A DNA stretch of 64,000 nt from Candidatus Saccharimonadia bacterium. Its GTDB lineage: Bacteria > Patescibacteriota > Saccharimonadia > UBA4664. A model generated the notes under the pieces. That model searched no databases, was not told the DNA's origin, and saw only the letters and a program-made list of their open reading frames with translations. The position numbers and the translations under genes were made by a program. Shown piece by piece: positions 63,665 through 64,000 of this stretch (the first letter of the stretch is position 1; the number at the start of each line of letters is the position of its first letter). The stretch spans positions 29,049 through 93,048 of the forward strand of contig DATKIP010000012.1 of NCBI GenBank assembly GCA_035544015.1, given 5' to 3'.

Positions 63665-64000
63665 GAGCCGCCTCCCGCTTGAAGCTGGAGCGTCAATTCG
63701 TCGAGTTCACCAGTGCCGTAATACCGAATCGCGGCGCACTGGTGCAACGCCGATGGATTGGGTGCAAAATCTCGCCGTCGAATACGCTCCGCCATAGCAC
63801 AAAGCTTATCATGATGATTACGCAGGATCGTCTCCGACAGCACCGCCTCGCCTTCCACCCCCGTCACCACATAATCCAGCACCACCGCCGCCGGCGGCGC
63901 ACCCCGCAGCTGGCTCCCAGCCAGCGCGTACGACCGGAGCTGAAAGTTTTCCTTGGCTTGCTTCGTGAGCTTTTCCGCCGAGGTTTTGGTGCGGCCGGTT
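63661..64000 (-). CDS. Hypothetical protein, partial (N-terminus beyond the right window edge)
   Basis: The minus-strand frame is open from the window edge to the stop at 63661 (...AVVLDYVVTGVEGEAVLSETILRNHHDKLCAMAERIRRRDF...). Stop overlaps the downstream start (ATGA). Confidence 0.4.
   Translation of the reverse strand, partial: TGRTKTSAEKLTKQAKENFQLRSYALAGSQLRGAPPAAVVLDYVVTGVEGEAVLSETILRNHHDKLCAMAERIRRRDFAPNPSALHQCAAIRYYGTGELDELTLQLQAGGGS

Overview
This 64 kb window comes from a GC-rich bacterium that appears to be monoderm (Gram-positive-like). The call rests on an LPXTG sortase substrate, motif-level recognition of the protein families, and an atypical rRNA layout. The lineage may be a streamlined one such as Patescibacteria/Saccharibacteria, but that is unproven. 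Every annotation here comes from reading the sequence and recognising motifs; no database search was run.

The rRNA genes are unlinked. A 5S gene (about 4653-4762) and an unusually long 23S gene (about 4925-8215, roughly 3.3 kb) lie together on the minus strand. The 16S gene (29510-30966, minus) sits about 21 kb away and is separated from them by about 15 protein genes. The tRNA-Ile(GAT) and tRNA-Ala(TGC) that normally occupy the 16S-23S spacer form their own unit on the opposite strand (16035-16336). A perfect 16-bp inverted repeat enclosing a 90-nt element lies between those two tRNAs. A tRNA-Pro(CGG) is at 63025-63100 (minus).

Housekeeping genes recognised with high confidence are gyrB-gyrA, pheS-pheT (their start and stop codons overlap in ATGA), trpS, rmuC, a MarR regulator, an ABC ATPase plus FtsX-like permease pair, an N-acetylmuramoyl-L-alanine amidase, a C39-like peptidase, a YkuD L,D-transpeptidase, PHP, GNAT, MBL, BBE-type FAD oxidase, MFS and DMT transporters, and a divergent PAP2 protein.

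The most interesting accessory content is as follows:
- **Repeat-protein operon (33784-38980, minus):** five paralogous secreted or membrane-anchored proteins rich in Asn/Gly/Ser/Thr, built from curlin-like repeats (TGPDSNNxV ... QxAxSGNAS ... NTT). Every gene is followed by a stem-loop. This is a candidate novel surface fibre or functional-amyloid system.
- **Giant ATPase (46140-51758, minus):** an 1872-aa membrane-anchored P-loop ATPase of the HerA/FtsK/VirD4-TraD superfamily (Walker A ILGQTGTGKST; ARKYR...ANQ motif). It carries a roughly 1100-aa Pro/Ala-rich repetitive C-terminal tail and is flanked by an LPXTG/PKD surface protein.
- **FtsEX-like ABC module (23677-29286):** sits next to two secreted peptidoglycan hydrolases.
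- **Secreted proteins downstream of 5S (1-4488):** three tandem genes, two of which share a near-identical N-terminal module.
- **Structured non-coding locus (about 58190-58760, minus):** roughly 540 nt of AT-rich sequence with its own promoter-like element and an intrinsic terminator, not matching any RNA family I could name with certainty.

Because of the high GC content, many long ORFs antisense to the real genes appear in the six-frame track. I rejected them.
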